The translations under genes were made by a program, and so were the position numbers. A stretch of DNA of 64,000 nucleotides from an uncultured Spirochaetales bacterium (lineage in GTDB: Bacteria; Spirochaetota; Spirochaetia; CAYLLE01), in NCBI GenBank assembly GCA_964618265.1, contig CAZUAE010000010.1, positions 1,372 to 65,371 of the forward strand, given 5' to 3'. This document shows positions 1 through 9,917 of the stretch, one piece after another (position 1 is the stretch's first letter; the number at the start of each line of letters is the position of its first letter). Below the pieces are notes generated by a model. It saw only the letters and a list, made by a program, of their open reading frames with translations, ran no database searches and was not told where the DNA came from.

Positions 1-343
1 TCTATAATACACTGACATACCGAAAATTGGCAAATATTTTTCGATAATTCTTGGATAATATATCATTTATAACGGTTTTTATGAAAAAGTAATGAAAATT
101 TGGTTATTATTATGTTTTAATCAGCAGGATTCAGCCCAATACCTAACAAAAATACTTGGATATATACTGTATCATCAATTCAAATCGAGCAATTCTGATA
201 TGTTGTGACCCCTGTCAAGCGTTCTACAGTAAAACCAGTTCACGTGCAACTGCCGCAGCCACCTTCTGTGAAGGTTTTCAAGTATACAGGAGGTGTTTAT
301 ATCGTCGCGAAAGTCTTTTCCCTGCCTTATCGAGGAATTCTCA

Positions 344-422
344 TTTTATACCTTTAGGCAAAAGAAAGAGGCATTATTCTCAAGAAAAGCCGTAAAATAA
401 TTGAATAAAATGAGAATTCCTC
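344..422. repeat. MITE-like short repeat with ~16-nt terminal inverted repeats (family 1, copy A, forward orientation)
   Basis: The sequence is GGAATTCTCATTTTATACC...CGTAAAATAATTGAATAAAATGAGAATTCC. Near-identical copies lie at 9793, 13489, 25104 and 28282. The track ORF 156..395 merely reads through it. Confidence 0.8.
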
Positions 423-476
423 TTCAAATCATTATATTGTAGACGGCAGCAGGTTGTTTAGTTATACTCCCATCGT

Positions 477-1637
477 ATGAACAGCTTTAAAATATCTAGA
501 ATACCAGAATTGTATTATGGTAAAGATACTTTGGATGTGCTACCAAAGGTTCTGCATAGAAAATCTATTAACCGTATACTTCTCGTGACGGGAAAATCGA
601 TACGGGAAACAGAGCCGTTGAATAGTCTTATTTCAAATTTGATTTCCCAAGGTATTAAAATGGCAGATAGCGTTGTTTCGGGAGAACCTTCTCCTGATAT
701 CGTTGATGAGTTGGCTGATACCCTTAAAGAGTTCGATGCCGGCGGTGTTGTTGCGCTGGGAGGCGGAAGTGTTATAGATGCCGGAAAAGCAGCAGCAGCT
801 GCTGCGAAAATGGAAGGATCAATAATTGATTACCTTGAAGGAGTTGGAGAAAAAAACCCCTCCGGCCAAACACTTTTTTTTACTGCAATACCTACCACAG
901 CGGGAACCGGTTCGGAGGCAACGAAAAATGCCGTACTTTCCAGAGTAGGTGCCGATGGTTTTAAGAAATCCCTTAGGCATGAAAACTACATACCCGATGC
1001 AGCTGTTTTAGATCCCAGATTCTCTCTCTCCTGTCCAATTGAAATTACAGCTTCATCTGGTCTCGATGCTCTTACCCAGCTTGTGGAAGCATATATTTCC
1101 ACAATGGCCAACCCGTTTACAGATATGATGGCTGAAGCGGGTATATCCGCTGCAGGAGATTCTCTGGAGAAGCTTATTGAAGGTAACAATAGCTTAGAAC
1201 TCCGGGGAAAAATGGCATATGCAGCTTATCTTTCGGGGATTTGTCTCGCTAATGCAGGTTTGGGCATAGTCCACGGGATAGCGTCTCCAGCTGGAGCGCT
1301 TTATTCCATACCTCACGGAGTGGTTTGCGGTTCTCTGCTTCCGGAAAGCATTCTCTGGACCTCTAAGAAGATTATGTATGAACATCCGGTGATAATGAAA
1401 TACTCTAAGGTATGCAAACTTTTTACCGGATACGATTCCGGTAATAATGAGGAAAATATAAATTACCTTGTAAAAAAACTCCGGGAACTGATTAAGAAAG
1501 GCGGAATTTCAAGGTGGAAAATCTACGGTTTCGATCCAAGTGAAGCTGTTTCTTTAGCAAGGAAAAGTAGTCAGAAAAATCATCCCGTTAGATTGGATCT
1601 TAAAACGGTTTCTAGCATAATTGATTCGGTTATATAA
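477..1637 (+). CDS. iron-containing alcohol dehydrogenase family protein (Fe-ADH / glycerol dehydrogenase-like)
   Basis: 386 aa. It has the GGGSVIDAGKAAA nucleotide-binding motif and the His-rich metal site (IVHGIASP...HG) typical of the family. Confidence 0.7.
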   Translation: MNSFKISRIPELYYGKDTLDVLPKVLHRKSINRILLVTGKSIRETEPLNSLISNLISQGIKMADSVVSGEPSPDIVDELADTLKEFDAGGVVALGGGSVIDAGKAAAAAAKMEGSIIDYLEGVGEKNPSGQTLFFTAIPTTAGTGSEATKNAVLSRVGADGFKKSLRHENYIPDAAVLDPRFSLSCPIEITASSGLDALTQLVEAYISTMANPFTDMMAEAGISAAGDSLEKLIEGNNSLELRGKMAYAAYLSGICLANAGLGIVHGIASPAGALYSIPHGVVCGSLLPESILWTSKKIMYEHPVIMKYSKVCKLFTGYDSGNNEENINYLVKKLRELIKKGGISRWKIYGFDPSEAVSLARKSSQKNHPVRLDLKTVSSIIDSVI

Positions 1638-1721
1638 ATCTGATGACGGCAAAATCAAGATTGATTTTTACAGATCTATAAAAACATAATTTTTGCATTA
1701 GAAGACAAGGAAGGATTAAAA

Positions 1722-2636
1722 GTGTTTTTAACCATAGGATTAAATCCGGTATTACAAAAAACATTACTATTAAAAGGACTGCACGAAAACGAAGTGAACC
1801 GTTCCTCGGAATATTTTCTGGATGCCTCCGGGAAGGGGATAAATACGACGCGGGTTTTAGCGCACCTGGATGAACCGGTTGTGCATTTGACCCACGCTGG
1901 TGGGAGAAACCGGAATCTTTTCTTTAACCTGGCTAAGAGCGATGGAATCAATCTCCACGGTATAGATTCCGGTTCTGAGATACGGTTCGGTTATACCCTC
2001 TTGAACCGGTTAAAGAATACAACCACCGAAATAATAGAGGAGGCAGCGCCGGTAGAAACGGGTACGCAGGAAAGGGTTTTGGAAAAATATGAAGAACTGC
2101 TGAATGATGTCTCTTTGGTGATTTTTTCCGGTTCCAAAGCGGCTGGATACACGGATGACCTGATTCCGGAGATGGTACGGTTGGCAAAAACAAAGGAGAA
2201 GAAGGTTGTTCTTGATGTCCGGGGAGCTGATCTGACAGGGTCTCTTGATTACCATCCCGACATAATAATGCCTAATCTGTCGGAATTTGTATGTACCTTT
2301 ATGCAGGAAGATGTCGATTTCCTCAGTGAACATCTCGAGGACGCAGAAACTTTAGAACGGGTAGGCAGAGAAATGCTCAACCTTTACAGCAAATTTGGTT
2401 CTATAACGGTTCTTACCAGAGGCAAATTATCAACTCTGTATGTTTGGGAAAATAATATCGGCTTCCTTGAACCTGAAACACTGAAACCGATAAACACTAT
2501 AGGCTGTGGAGACGCTTTTACTGCAGGATTTTCTTCCGCCTTTATGAAAAATCAGGAGATTCCCCTGGCGGTCGAAAAGGGACACTTGTGTGCCCGAAAG
2601 AATGCGGTTCTTCTTCGTCCGGGAGTCCTCCGGTAG
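1722..2636 (+). CDS. PfkB-family sugar kinase (1-phosphofructokinase / tagatose-6-P kinase-like)
   Basis: 304 aa. The N-terminus (NPVLQKTLLL) and the C-terminal GCGDAFTAGF motif match the PfkB signature. Confidence 0.65.
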   Translation: MFLTIGLNPVLQKTLLLKGLHENEVNRSSEYFLDASGKGINTTRVLAHLDEPVVHLTHAGGRNRNLFFNLAKSDGINLHGIDSGSEIRFGYTLLNRLKNTTTEIIEEAAPVETGTQERVLEKYEELLNDVSLVIFSGSKAAGYTDDLIPEMVRLAKTKEKKVVLDVRGADLTGSLDYHPDIIMPNLSEFVCTFMQEDVDFLSEHLEDAETLERVGREMLNLYSKFGSITVLTRGKLSTLYVWENNIGFLEPETLKPINTIGCGDAFTAGFSSAFMKNQEIPLAVEKGHLCARKNAVLLRPGVLR

Positions 2637-2704
2637 AGGTTCTTATCTGCAATGTATTCCTCGAAACAGCAGTTCCCGGGTAATTACTGCTTCCGGAAGT
2701 TCTT

Positions 2705-4459
2705 TTATGACTGTTCCAGTTTCAGTGTGATGGTGGGATCGTCACAAATTTCCGGCGGCCCGTAGTATTGTACTGCTCCGGGATACCGATAGGTGGTTTC
2801 CAGAGCCCACCGTTCACGGTGCTCCTTGAAGGTAAGAAATGGTTTTCTCTTCGTTTCCACCATGGCTTTCCGTATTACCGGTTTCTTAAAGCCATGCCGC
2901 TGTTCCATGTTCATCATCATCACAAGCGGTATACCTCCCGCTTCCCACTTATCCCTTCCTGATGCGAGATTCCTGACCGCGGAAATGTAGCCCGTCAGGC
3001 CTTCCGCTATCAATAGAAAAGCGGTGAATCCTAAGGAGTAGCAGTAGTCGGCGTCGAAATTTGACGGAAAGGCGCATCTGCCTTCGTACCCGAAGAAGTG
3101 ACTTTGAGAACTGAATTTTCCGGTAAATCGGCCTTCGTTTTTCATTTCTTTCAGACGGTCGCTGGTCATTTCAATCAGCAGTTTTTCCGTTTCGATTCTG
3201 GATACCTGTACATTGCCGTGAGGGTCACGGTCCATGAGAAGTTGTCTTTGGATGTCCGTGGGGAGAGAAGAAAAAACATAGGATGAGTCTCTGCTGAGGT
3301 TCTTGTTCACCCATTCCGACTGATCCTCATAGGTATTCAGGGTAGTAAAATGAGCCGTATGGTGTGCCAAAAGATCGTTTAATTCACCGATAAGACTTTT
3401 CATCTCCGGAATAAATTCGATGAGTCCTTCAGGAACCAGGGCTACACCGAAATTTTCATCCTTTTCCGAACGTTTTACAATCACATTCACGATGCATTCA
3501 ATTATATCATCTAAGGATTGTTTTTCCTCGGCGATTTCCTCGGATATCAGAGTTACATTAGGATGTGTTTGCAGGGCGCACTCTAAGGCGATATGAGAGG
3601 CTGACCTGCCCATGAGTTTGATAAAATGCCAATACTTTTTAGCGGAGTTTGCGTCTCTTTCTATGTTTCCGATTAGTTCCGCGTAGGTTTTTGTTGCTGT
3701 GTCAAAGCCGAAGGAGGTTTCGATGTACTCATTTTTTAAATCGCCGTCGATGGTTTTGGGAACGCCGATTACCTGGATGGGTAGCCCCTCCTTTACGAAA
3801 TACTCTGCCAGGAGTGCCGCGTTTGTGTTGGAATCGTCACCGCCGATTACCACTAAGGCATCAACGCCGCGCCGGGAGAGCACTTTAGTAGCATTTTGAA
3901 ATTGTTCCTCCGTTTCCAGTTTTGTTCGACCGGAACCGATCATATCGAATCCGCCTGTATTACGGTATTCATCGATAATATCCTTTGTTATTTTCAGTAC
4001 ATCATCCTTGAGTATTCCCGATGGGCCTCCTCGAAAACCCAGGAGTGTGGAGTCGGGATTCCCCTTTTTGAGTCCGTCGAATAATCCTGCTATTACATTG
4101 TGTCCTCCTGGAGCTTGACCACCTGAGAGGATAAGACCCACCGTTAGAGAGTGAGATTTATTCTTTCCCTTACCCGCCTTAAAACGGGCCACGGGTTTAC
4201 CGTAGGTTTTGGCAAATAGAAGGCGCAGGTCCTCTGTGTCTCCTATTGATTCTGTAGGATCACCTAATGCCAATTCTATTTTTCCCAGGTCCTCCTGAAG
4301 AACAGGGGGAAGGTTTGGGGAGTAATTGAAGCGCTCGTTCTGCAGCGGTGAATAGTCCACGGAAATCTCCTTACGTTTATCGGTTGATATAGGCACGAGA
4401 CTTTTTCGTGCTGTTATAGTGTGAGTTACAATTCTACCCGGCGAGCGGCAAAAGATCAA
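2705..4459 (-). CDS. pfp: pyrophosphate--fructose-6-phosphate 1-phosphotransferase (PPi-dependent phosphofructokinase, long form)
   Basis: 584 aa. It has the PFK-fold motifs [16 protein letters not shown] and [10 protein letters not shown], and its length matches the long PPi-PFKs. Confidence 0.8.
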   Translation of the reverse strand: MIFCRSPGRIVTHTITARKSLVPISTDKRKEISVDYSPLQNERFNYSPNLPPVLQEDLGKIELALGDPTESIGDTEDLRLLFAKTYGKPVARFKAGKGKNKSHSLTVGLILSGGQAPGGHNVIAGLFDGLKKGNPDSTLLGFRGGPSGILKDDVLKITKDIIDEYRNTGGFDMIGSGRTKLETEEQFQNATKVLSRRGVDALVVIGGDDSNTNAALLAEYFVKEGLPIQVIGVPKTIDGDLKNEYIETSFGFDTATKTYAELIGNIERDANSAKKYWHFIKLMGRSASHIALECALQTHPNVTLISEEIAEEKQSLDDIIECIVNVIVKRSEKDENFGVALVPEGLIEFIPEMKSLIGELNDLLAHHTAHFTTLNTYEDQSEWVNKNLSRDSSYVFSSLPTDIQRQLLMDRDPHGNVQVSRIETEKLLIEMTSDRLKEMKNEGRFTGKFSSQSHFFGYEGRCAFPSNFDADYCYSLGFTAFLLIAEGLTGYISAVRNLASGRDKWEAGGIPLVMMMNMEQRHGFKKPVIRKAMVETKRKPFLTFKEHRERWALETTYRYPGAVQYYGPPEICDDPTITLKLEQS

Positions 4460-4730
4460 CGGGGATAAGCTTATCTTAGGAAGAAGGCAAATCTAAATTG
4501 CGAATTTGGAATTGCTCAAAACCCCTCCGGTGAGTTCTCAGTAAACACGATGATTCTCCAAATTGCCATGATTTCCTCAAACACTCTCCGGTTTATCGGC
4601 CAATCGGCCCTGGCGATGGAAGGAGTTCCCTGCAAAACTGAGGTAACCCAAAGCGGTTGAGGAAAGTTATAAAAAATATTGGTATAATAACAATTCGTTG
4701 ATTATAATAAAAGCTGACCGAGGGTATATC

Positions 4731-5081
4731 ATGAGTGAAGGACAGCAAAAAAAATACCGGGTAGATCTTAACTTTGAGTCAGTATCCTTTCCGCCGATTA
4801 ATGATATCCTGGTTTTGGGAAATCAATGCCCTCAGGGAAAAAAGGGACTTTATCTCTGTTTTGAGCTGATGGCCCCGGGCAGTTTTGAACTCATCGAAAT
4901 TGAACATCCGGTTGTGGAGGCGGTACTCATCAACAAAAAAATACTTAAAAAGATGGATAAGAAGAGAATCCTCAATATACTTGAGCGGGAGGTGTTTTCC
5001 TTTCTTTCCGAAAATGAAATTCTCAATGTTAAATTTAATATTACAATCTCTGTGGATTCGATAAAAGGATCATTAGACTAG
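4731..5081 (+). CDS. hypothetical small protein
   Basis: This ORF lies upstream of the sensor kinase. The start was moved to the internal ATG at 4731 (MSEGQQ), which follows GAGGG. No recognisable motifs. Confidence 0.35.
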   Translation: MSEGQQKKYRVDLNFESVSFPPINDILVLGNQCPQGKKGLYLCFELMAPGSFELIEIEHPVVEAVLINKKILKKMDKKRILNILEREVFSFLSENEILNVKFNITISVDSIKGSLD

Positions 5082-5108
5082 AATCATTAGACAGGAAAAG
5101 AGGAATCC

Positions 5109-7391
5109 ATGACAATTGAAACTCTGTACCGGCGGGATTTTACGGTTATAAATCCATATGTGAGTGTGGCGGAAATAAAACATCTTCTTTTAAAGAAGTG
5201 CTGTCTCGTGATGATGGAAGGAGAAAAATACGCGGGACTTCTTACTATCCGGGATATCGTTGAAAATCCTAAGGTGCTGGCTGTCGATTGTATAAAGCCC
5301 ACCAAGGAGCTCCATCCGGAGATGACGGTAAAAGAAGTAACGGAGGTCATGGTCAGGGAAGGGAGCGAGTTCTTGCCCGTTCTTGAAGGTGACGCATTTA
5401 AGGGTATTCTTTTTTACTCCGATCTTTTAGGCTGCCTGGAAATTACCGAGACAGCACTGAGCAGATCAGAACGGAAGTACGAGTTTCTTTTTAACAATAT
5501 TCTGGATTGTATATTCATCTTTACCCTTGAGCGTGAGAATAACCTGATTAAAATAAGAGACGCCAATACAAGCGCTTGTCAAACGCTGGAGTACACCAGG
5601 AAGGAACTAGTATGCCTTCCCTTTGAAATCCTGGTCTCGGAAAAATCGCTCCATGGCTTATCTTCGATAATAAACACTCTTATCAAACAGTCCGCCGCTC
5701 AATCTGAAATCGAAATGATCACAAAGAGCAGAAGATCAATAACTTTTGAGTTTTTCCTGCGGTTCATCCATTTTGATGATGAGGAAACCATCTTTGCAGT
5801 GGGAAGAGATATTACCGAACGGAAAAAGGCGGAGACTGAATTAAATTCCAGCAGGGAGAAGCTGCGGATAGCCCTGAACTCAGCCGGGAAAAGTGTGTGG
5901 GAGTGGGATATTCCCGGGCGTACCATTCAAATATCTAAACAGGTTCCTAAGCTTCTGGGGTACCTGCCGGAAGAGGGTACCATATCAGAAGATGATCTTC
6001 AGACCCTTCTTGGGAAGGAAGAAAACAACCGGCTGAAAACATTGATTCAGAAACATCTTAGGAATGAACTGCCTGTCATCGAAGAGGAATTTCAGGTTAC
6101 TACTGCAGCCGGAAGTTCCAGATGGATACAGGTGGAAGGCAAAATAATAGAACGGTCTGATTCGGGAGACCCCGTTAGGCTCTTGGGTATTGTCTCGGAT
6201 ATCGAGAATAAAAAACGGACCGAAGAGATGCTCAAGAAGGCCAAAGAGGAAGCGGAGGAAGCCAACCTCCGAAAAAGCCTCTTTATCGCGGATTTTGGCC
6301 ATGAGGTGAGGAATGCTTTGAGCAGTGTTTCCGGAGTTGCCGATCTTCTTGGTCAGCAGGAGACCATAGATAGACAGGAAATGGAGGAGTATATCGATAT
6401 TCTCAAGATGAGTTCCGGTACCGTGCTGGAACTCGTGAAAGATATTCTTGAATTTTCGAAAATTGAAGTTGAGGAACTCCGCCTTGAATCAACCTGTTTT
6501 GATTTACACAAATTGGTACATTCAGTGGTTCGGCTTTTTTCTATTAAAAATAATAATCAGGATTTAATCTTCGATACTCATGTTTCTCCGGATGTTCCCC
6601 GTCATCTTCTGGGTGATCCCACGCGGCTTTCCCAAGTACTAACGAATCTTATTGGTAATGCTGTAAAATTCACCGGTAAAGGGTCTGTTATCACGGAAGT
6701 ATCGATGAAAGAATACAGGGATACATCGGTATCCATTAGTTTTTCAGTCCAGGACACCGGTATCGGAATTTCAGCGGAGAAGCTGGAGAAAATTTTCCGT
6801 CCTTTTAACCAGGCCGATTTTTCAATCTCTCATAAATTCGGCGGTACAGGATTGGGGCTTGCCATAAGCAGAAAACTGGTAAACGCCATGGGAGGCGATA
6901 TTCAAGTGGAAAGTGAACCAGGGAAAGGCAGCACCTTTTCCTTCTGGGGGACATTCAAGCTGCAGGAATCTCCGGGCAATTTCAATAAAGAAAAAAATAA
7001 AGTTCCGGAAGAAAAAGAACCGAAAAAACCGATGCATGTTCTGATTGTGGAGGATGATGAGCTAAGCGGTAAGATTGCTGAAAAATTATTTGAAAAAAAT
7101 GTCGACAAGGTGACTGTGGCAGCCGGCGGTCAGGAAGCCCTATCTTTGGTGGAGGAAAACGCGTACGATCTTATCGTCATGGATGGGCACATGGAAGGTT
7201 TAAATGGAATTGAAGTTACCCGCAGAATAAGGGAGCTGGAAAGAGAGAGAAGAGCCTATACGCCTATTGTAGCATTAACGGGCGATTCAGGGCTTAACAT
7301 CCACAGGGGCTTTAGACAGGCCGGTGCGGACCGTGTACTCATTAAGCCGTTGGATTTGAAAAAGATAAGCGATATCTTGCGGGAGACCTAA
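5109..7391 (+). CDS. hybrid sensor histidine kinase / response regulator (CBS pair - PAS - HisKA - HATPase_c - REC)
   Basis: 760 aa. It contains an H-box (FGHEVRNAL), an HATPase region (IGNAVKFT...DTGIGI...GGTGLGLAI), a C-terminal receiver (VLIVEDDE...LIVMDGHM) and an N-terminal CBS-like pair. Confidence 0.75.
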   Translation: MTIETLYRRDFTVINPYVSVAEIKHLLLKKCCLVMMEGEKYAGLLTIRDIVENPKVLAVDCIKPTKELHPEMTVKEVTEVMVREGSEFLPVLEGDAFKGILFYSDLLGCLEITETALSRSERKYEFLFNNILDCIFIFTLERENNLIKIRDANTSACQTLEYTRKELVCLPFEILVSEKSLHGLSSIINTLIKQSAAQSEIEMITKSRRSITFEFFLRFIHFDDEETIFAVGRDITERKKAETELNSSREKLRIALNSAGKSVWEWDIPGRTIQISKQVPKLLGYLPEEGTISEDDLQTLLGKEENNRLKTLIQKHLRNELPVIEEEFQVTTAAGSSRWIQVEGKIIERSDSGDPVRLLGIVSDIENKKRTEEMLKKAKEEAEEANLRKSLFIADFGHEVRNALSSVSGVADLLGQQETIDRQEMEEYIDILKMSSGTVLELVKDILEFSKIEVEELRLESTCFDLHKLVHSVVRLFSIKNNNQDLIFDTHVSPDVPRHLLGDPTRLSQVLTNLIGNAVKFTGKGSVITEVSMKEYRDTSVSISFSVQDTGIGISAEKLEKIFRPFNQADFSISHKFGGTGLGLAISRKLVNAMGGDIQVESEPGKGSTFSFWGTFKLQESPGNFNKEKNKVPEEKEPKKPMHVLIVEDDELSGKIAEKLFEKNVDKVTVAAGGQEALSLVEENAYDLIVMDGHMEGLNGIEVTRRIRELERERRAYTPIVALTGDSGLNIHRGFRQAGADRVLIKPLDLKKISDILRET

Positions 7392-8641
7392 AAAATCACC
7401 TCTACCGCACCCAACTCCCGTATAGATGTTCTCATCACCGAACCTTCACCGAAAATGCGTTCCATTTCCCGGGTGTAGGAATCTCCGTTCCTTAGAGGAA
7501 TATAGGCTTGAATTGTTCCGGCAAATCCGCCTCCGTGGACTCTGCAGGCCCCTCCTTTTCCGGTAAAGGGTCCGCTCAGAGAGATCCCAAGAGGTATACT
7601 TTGGTTCTGTATTGCTGTTGGGGCAGAACAATTTTGAAGGAATGCCAATGATGATATACCCGATTCCCGTACCAGTTCTAAAAACCGTCCGGTTTTTCCG
7701 TGTTTCAGTGCCTCCGCCTGCTCCTCCGCCCTCCTTGAGTCCCGGAAGAAATGAATGGCCCGGAGAATTCCCCGGTCTCCTACCTGTTCCCGCAACTTAG
7801 GCAGGTGCTGGAAAAACTCATCAGCATCAACGTCCCGGAGCACCTTTTTGTTAAAGCATGCCGCCGTTTCCGCCATCTCCCGGGTAACCGCGGCATACTC
7901 GGGGGTTAAATCGGCGTGACTGCCTCCGGTGTTTACGATGAAAAGGAGATACCCCGCTTCTTCAAATGAAGGAGCTGTTCCTGTGTTTCGATTGATTATT
8001 TTTTCGACCTTTGGTTCATTAACCGAAGAAAAATCGATAGATACGACTCCCCCGCTTCCGCAGGCGATTTGATCCATTAGGCCGCAGGGTTTACCGAAGA
8101 AATGATTTTCCGCGTACCTTCCTATCACCGCCAGCTCTATAACATCTATAGCATCATCATTGTAGAGGGAGTTAAATACGGTGCCTAAGAGCATTTCCAC
8201 GGAAGCCGAGGAACTCAATCCGGAACCGGGAAGCACCTCTCCGGAAAGATACCCGTTCCAGCCGCCTATGGCATATCTCCGCTCCTTAAAGGCGGAAGCT
8301 ACCCCCCGGATCAGAGCAGCCGGAGTCCCTTCCTCCTCCTTGCGCGGCTCTAAATCGGCAAGATCCACAGATATATCACCAAATCCCTCGGAGAAAAGGT
8401 TTACCGTTGTATCGTTCCGGGGCAGGACCGCAGCGACGGAATCCCTGTCTATAGAGGCAGCCAGAACGACACCATGGTTGTGATCGGTGTGGTTCCCTCC
8501 AAGTTCGGTGCGTCCGGAAACCGAGAAAAACCGTATGTCTCCCGGTCCGAATCTTTTATGGTATCCGTCGATTATTCTTTTGTATCGTTTTTCCCGGCTT
8601 TGGCAATCTCCCGGGTAAACGTCTTTAAATTCGGCCTGCAT
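7388..8641 (-). CDS. galK: galactokinase
   Basis: 417 aa. It carries the GHMP kinase / galactokinase signature GRTELGGNHTDHNHG and a PGSGLSSSA ATP loop. Confidence 0.85.
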   Translation of the reverse strand: MQAEFKDVYPGDCQSREKRYKRIIDGYHKRFGPGDIRFFSVSGRTELGGNHTDHNHGVVLAASIDRDSVAAVLPRNDTTVNLFSEGFGDISVDLADLEPRKEEEGTPAALIRGVASAFKERRYAIGGWNGYLSGEVLPGSGLSSSASVEMLLGTVFNSLYNDDAIDVIELAVIGRYAENHFFGKPCGLMDQIACGSGGVVSIDFSSVNEPKVEKIINRNTGTAPSFEEAGYLLFIVNTGGSHADLTPEYAAVTREMAETAACFNKKVLRDVDADEFFQHLPKLREQVGDRGILRAIHFFRDSRRAEEQAEALKHGKTGRFLELVRESGISSLAFLQNCSAPTAIQNQSIPLGISLSGPFTGKGGACRVHGGGFAGTIQAYIPLRNGDSYTREMERIFGEGSVMRTSIRELGAVEVIF

Positions 8642-8645
8642 GGGC

Positions 8646-9686
8646 TTATCCTCTCCCCGTGTAGTGGTTTTCTGATAGGTCTCGTAACGTTTTCGCGGCG
8701 CTTTCCGCGGTGATGTCCCGCTGGGGCATAGCCATCATCTCATAGCCCACCATAAATTTCTTTACAGTGGCTGAACGGAGCAGAGGCGGATAGTAGTGAA
8801 TATGGAAGTGCCACCACTCCCGGTTTTCTCCGTCGGTTGGGCACTGATGAATCCCCATAGAGTAGGGGAAACTAGTTTTAAAGAGGTTATCATATCTGAT
8901 TCCCAACCGCTTCATGACGTCTGCCAAATCTGATTTTTCAGTTTCACTCAGTTCAGCCATGTTTAGGTGGTGTTCCTTCGGTATTATCATCACCTCGTAG
9001 GGCCACACAGCCCAGAACGGAACGATCACACAGAAAGACTCATTTTCAAGTACTACCCTTTCTCCGTAATGGCTTTCAAGTATTACGTAATCACAAAGCA
9101 TACAGGAGCCCTTTGAGGTTAGGTATTCCCGCTGATGCCTGTCTTCCAGTCCGGGTATTACCGGTATAGATTCGTTAGACCAGATTTGGCAATGGGGATG
9201 AGGATTGGAGCATCCCATCATCCCGCCCCTGTTTTCAAAAATCTGAACGTAATTGATAAAATCTTCCGCCCCGAGCTTTTTATATTCAGAAACCCATGTA
9301 TCTATAACAGCTTTTAGTGATTTTCTGTCCATTAGGGGAATAGTTAGATCGTGCCTCGGGGAAAAACAGATAACGCGGCATATACCCCGTTCACTTTCTG
9401 CAATAAGAAGTTCGCTTTCATCTCTCCGCCCAGGCTCGGTATCCGGGAGCAGGGCTGAAAAATCGTTCGTAAATACAAAAGTTCCGGTATAATTGGGATT
9501 TACCGTCCCTCCTGCCCTGGAGTTTCCTGGACAGAGGTAGCAATCCGGGTCGTATTCAGGAATTTTATTTTCTCCCGATTCTTCCTTCTGTCCCTGCCAG
9601 GGACGCTTTGTACGGTGAGGAGAAACCAGGATCCATTCACCCGTTAAAGGATTATATCTTCTGTGGGGAGATTCGTTGGAAAACAT
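8646..9686 (-). CDS. galT: galactose-1-phosphate uridylyltransferase
   Basis: 346 aa. It has the HPHCQIW (HxHxQ) active site and Cys/His zinc site. It sits immediately upstream of galK on the same strand. Confidence 0.85.
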   Translation of the reverse strand: MFSNESPHRRYNPLTGEWILVSPHRTKRPWQGQKEESGENKIPEYDPDCYLCPGNSRAGGTVNPNYTGTFVFTNDFSALLPDTEPGRRDESELLIAESERGICRVICFSPRHDLTIPLMDRKSLKAVIDTWVSEYKKLGAEDFINYVQIFENRGGMMGCSNPHPHCQIWSNESIPVIPGLEDRHQREYLTSKGSCMLCDYVILESHYGERVVLENESFCVIVPFWAVWPYEVMIIPKEHHLNMAELSETEKSDLADVMKRLGIRYDNLFKTSFPYSMGIHQCPTDGENREWWHFHIHYYPPLLRSATVKKFMVGYEMMAMPQRDITAESAAKTLRDLSENHYTGRG

Positions 9687-9792
9687 AGACTCCTCCTTAC
9701 TAGCAATTTCCGGCGATTACATTCACATCTACAAATATAAATTATTATATAGATATATGGCGCCTTGACCATTGCAAATGGTATTGACCGGA

Positions 9793-9849
9793 GGAATTCT
9801 CATTTTATACCTTTAGGCAACAGAAAGAGGCATGATTCTCAAGAATTCC
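9793..9849. repeat. family 1 repeat, copy B (internally deleted, forward orientation)
   Basis: The sequence is GGAATTCTCATTTTATACCTTTAGGCAACAGAAAGAGGCATGATTCTCAAGAATTCC. It lies in the manA leader. The track ORF 9765.. reads through it. Confidence 0.7.
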
Positions 9850-9917
9850 TCCTAAGAAAATGCCATAGATTGACCCGCTCTGTCCAGTTCGCTACATTAA
9901 TACGTATGATCTGTAGA

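Noticed and set aside
156-395. 79-aa ORF at the window start
   Set aside because: It lies in AT-rich non-coding DNA. Its C-terminal half is simply a translation of repeat family 1 copy A, and the same peptide recurs where ORF 9765 reads through copy B.
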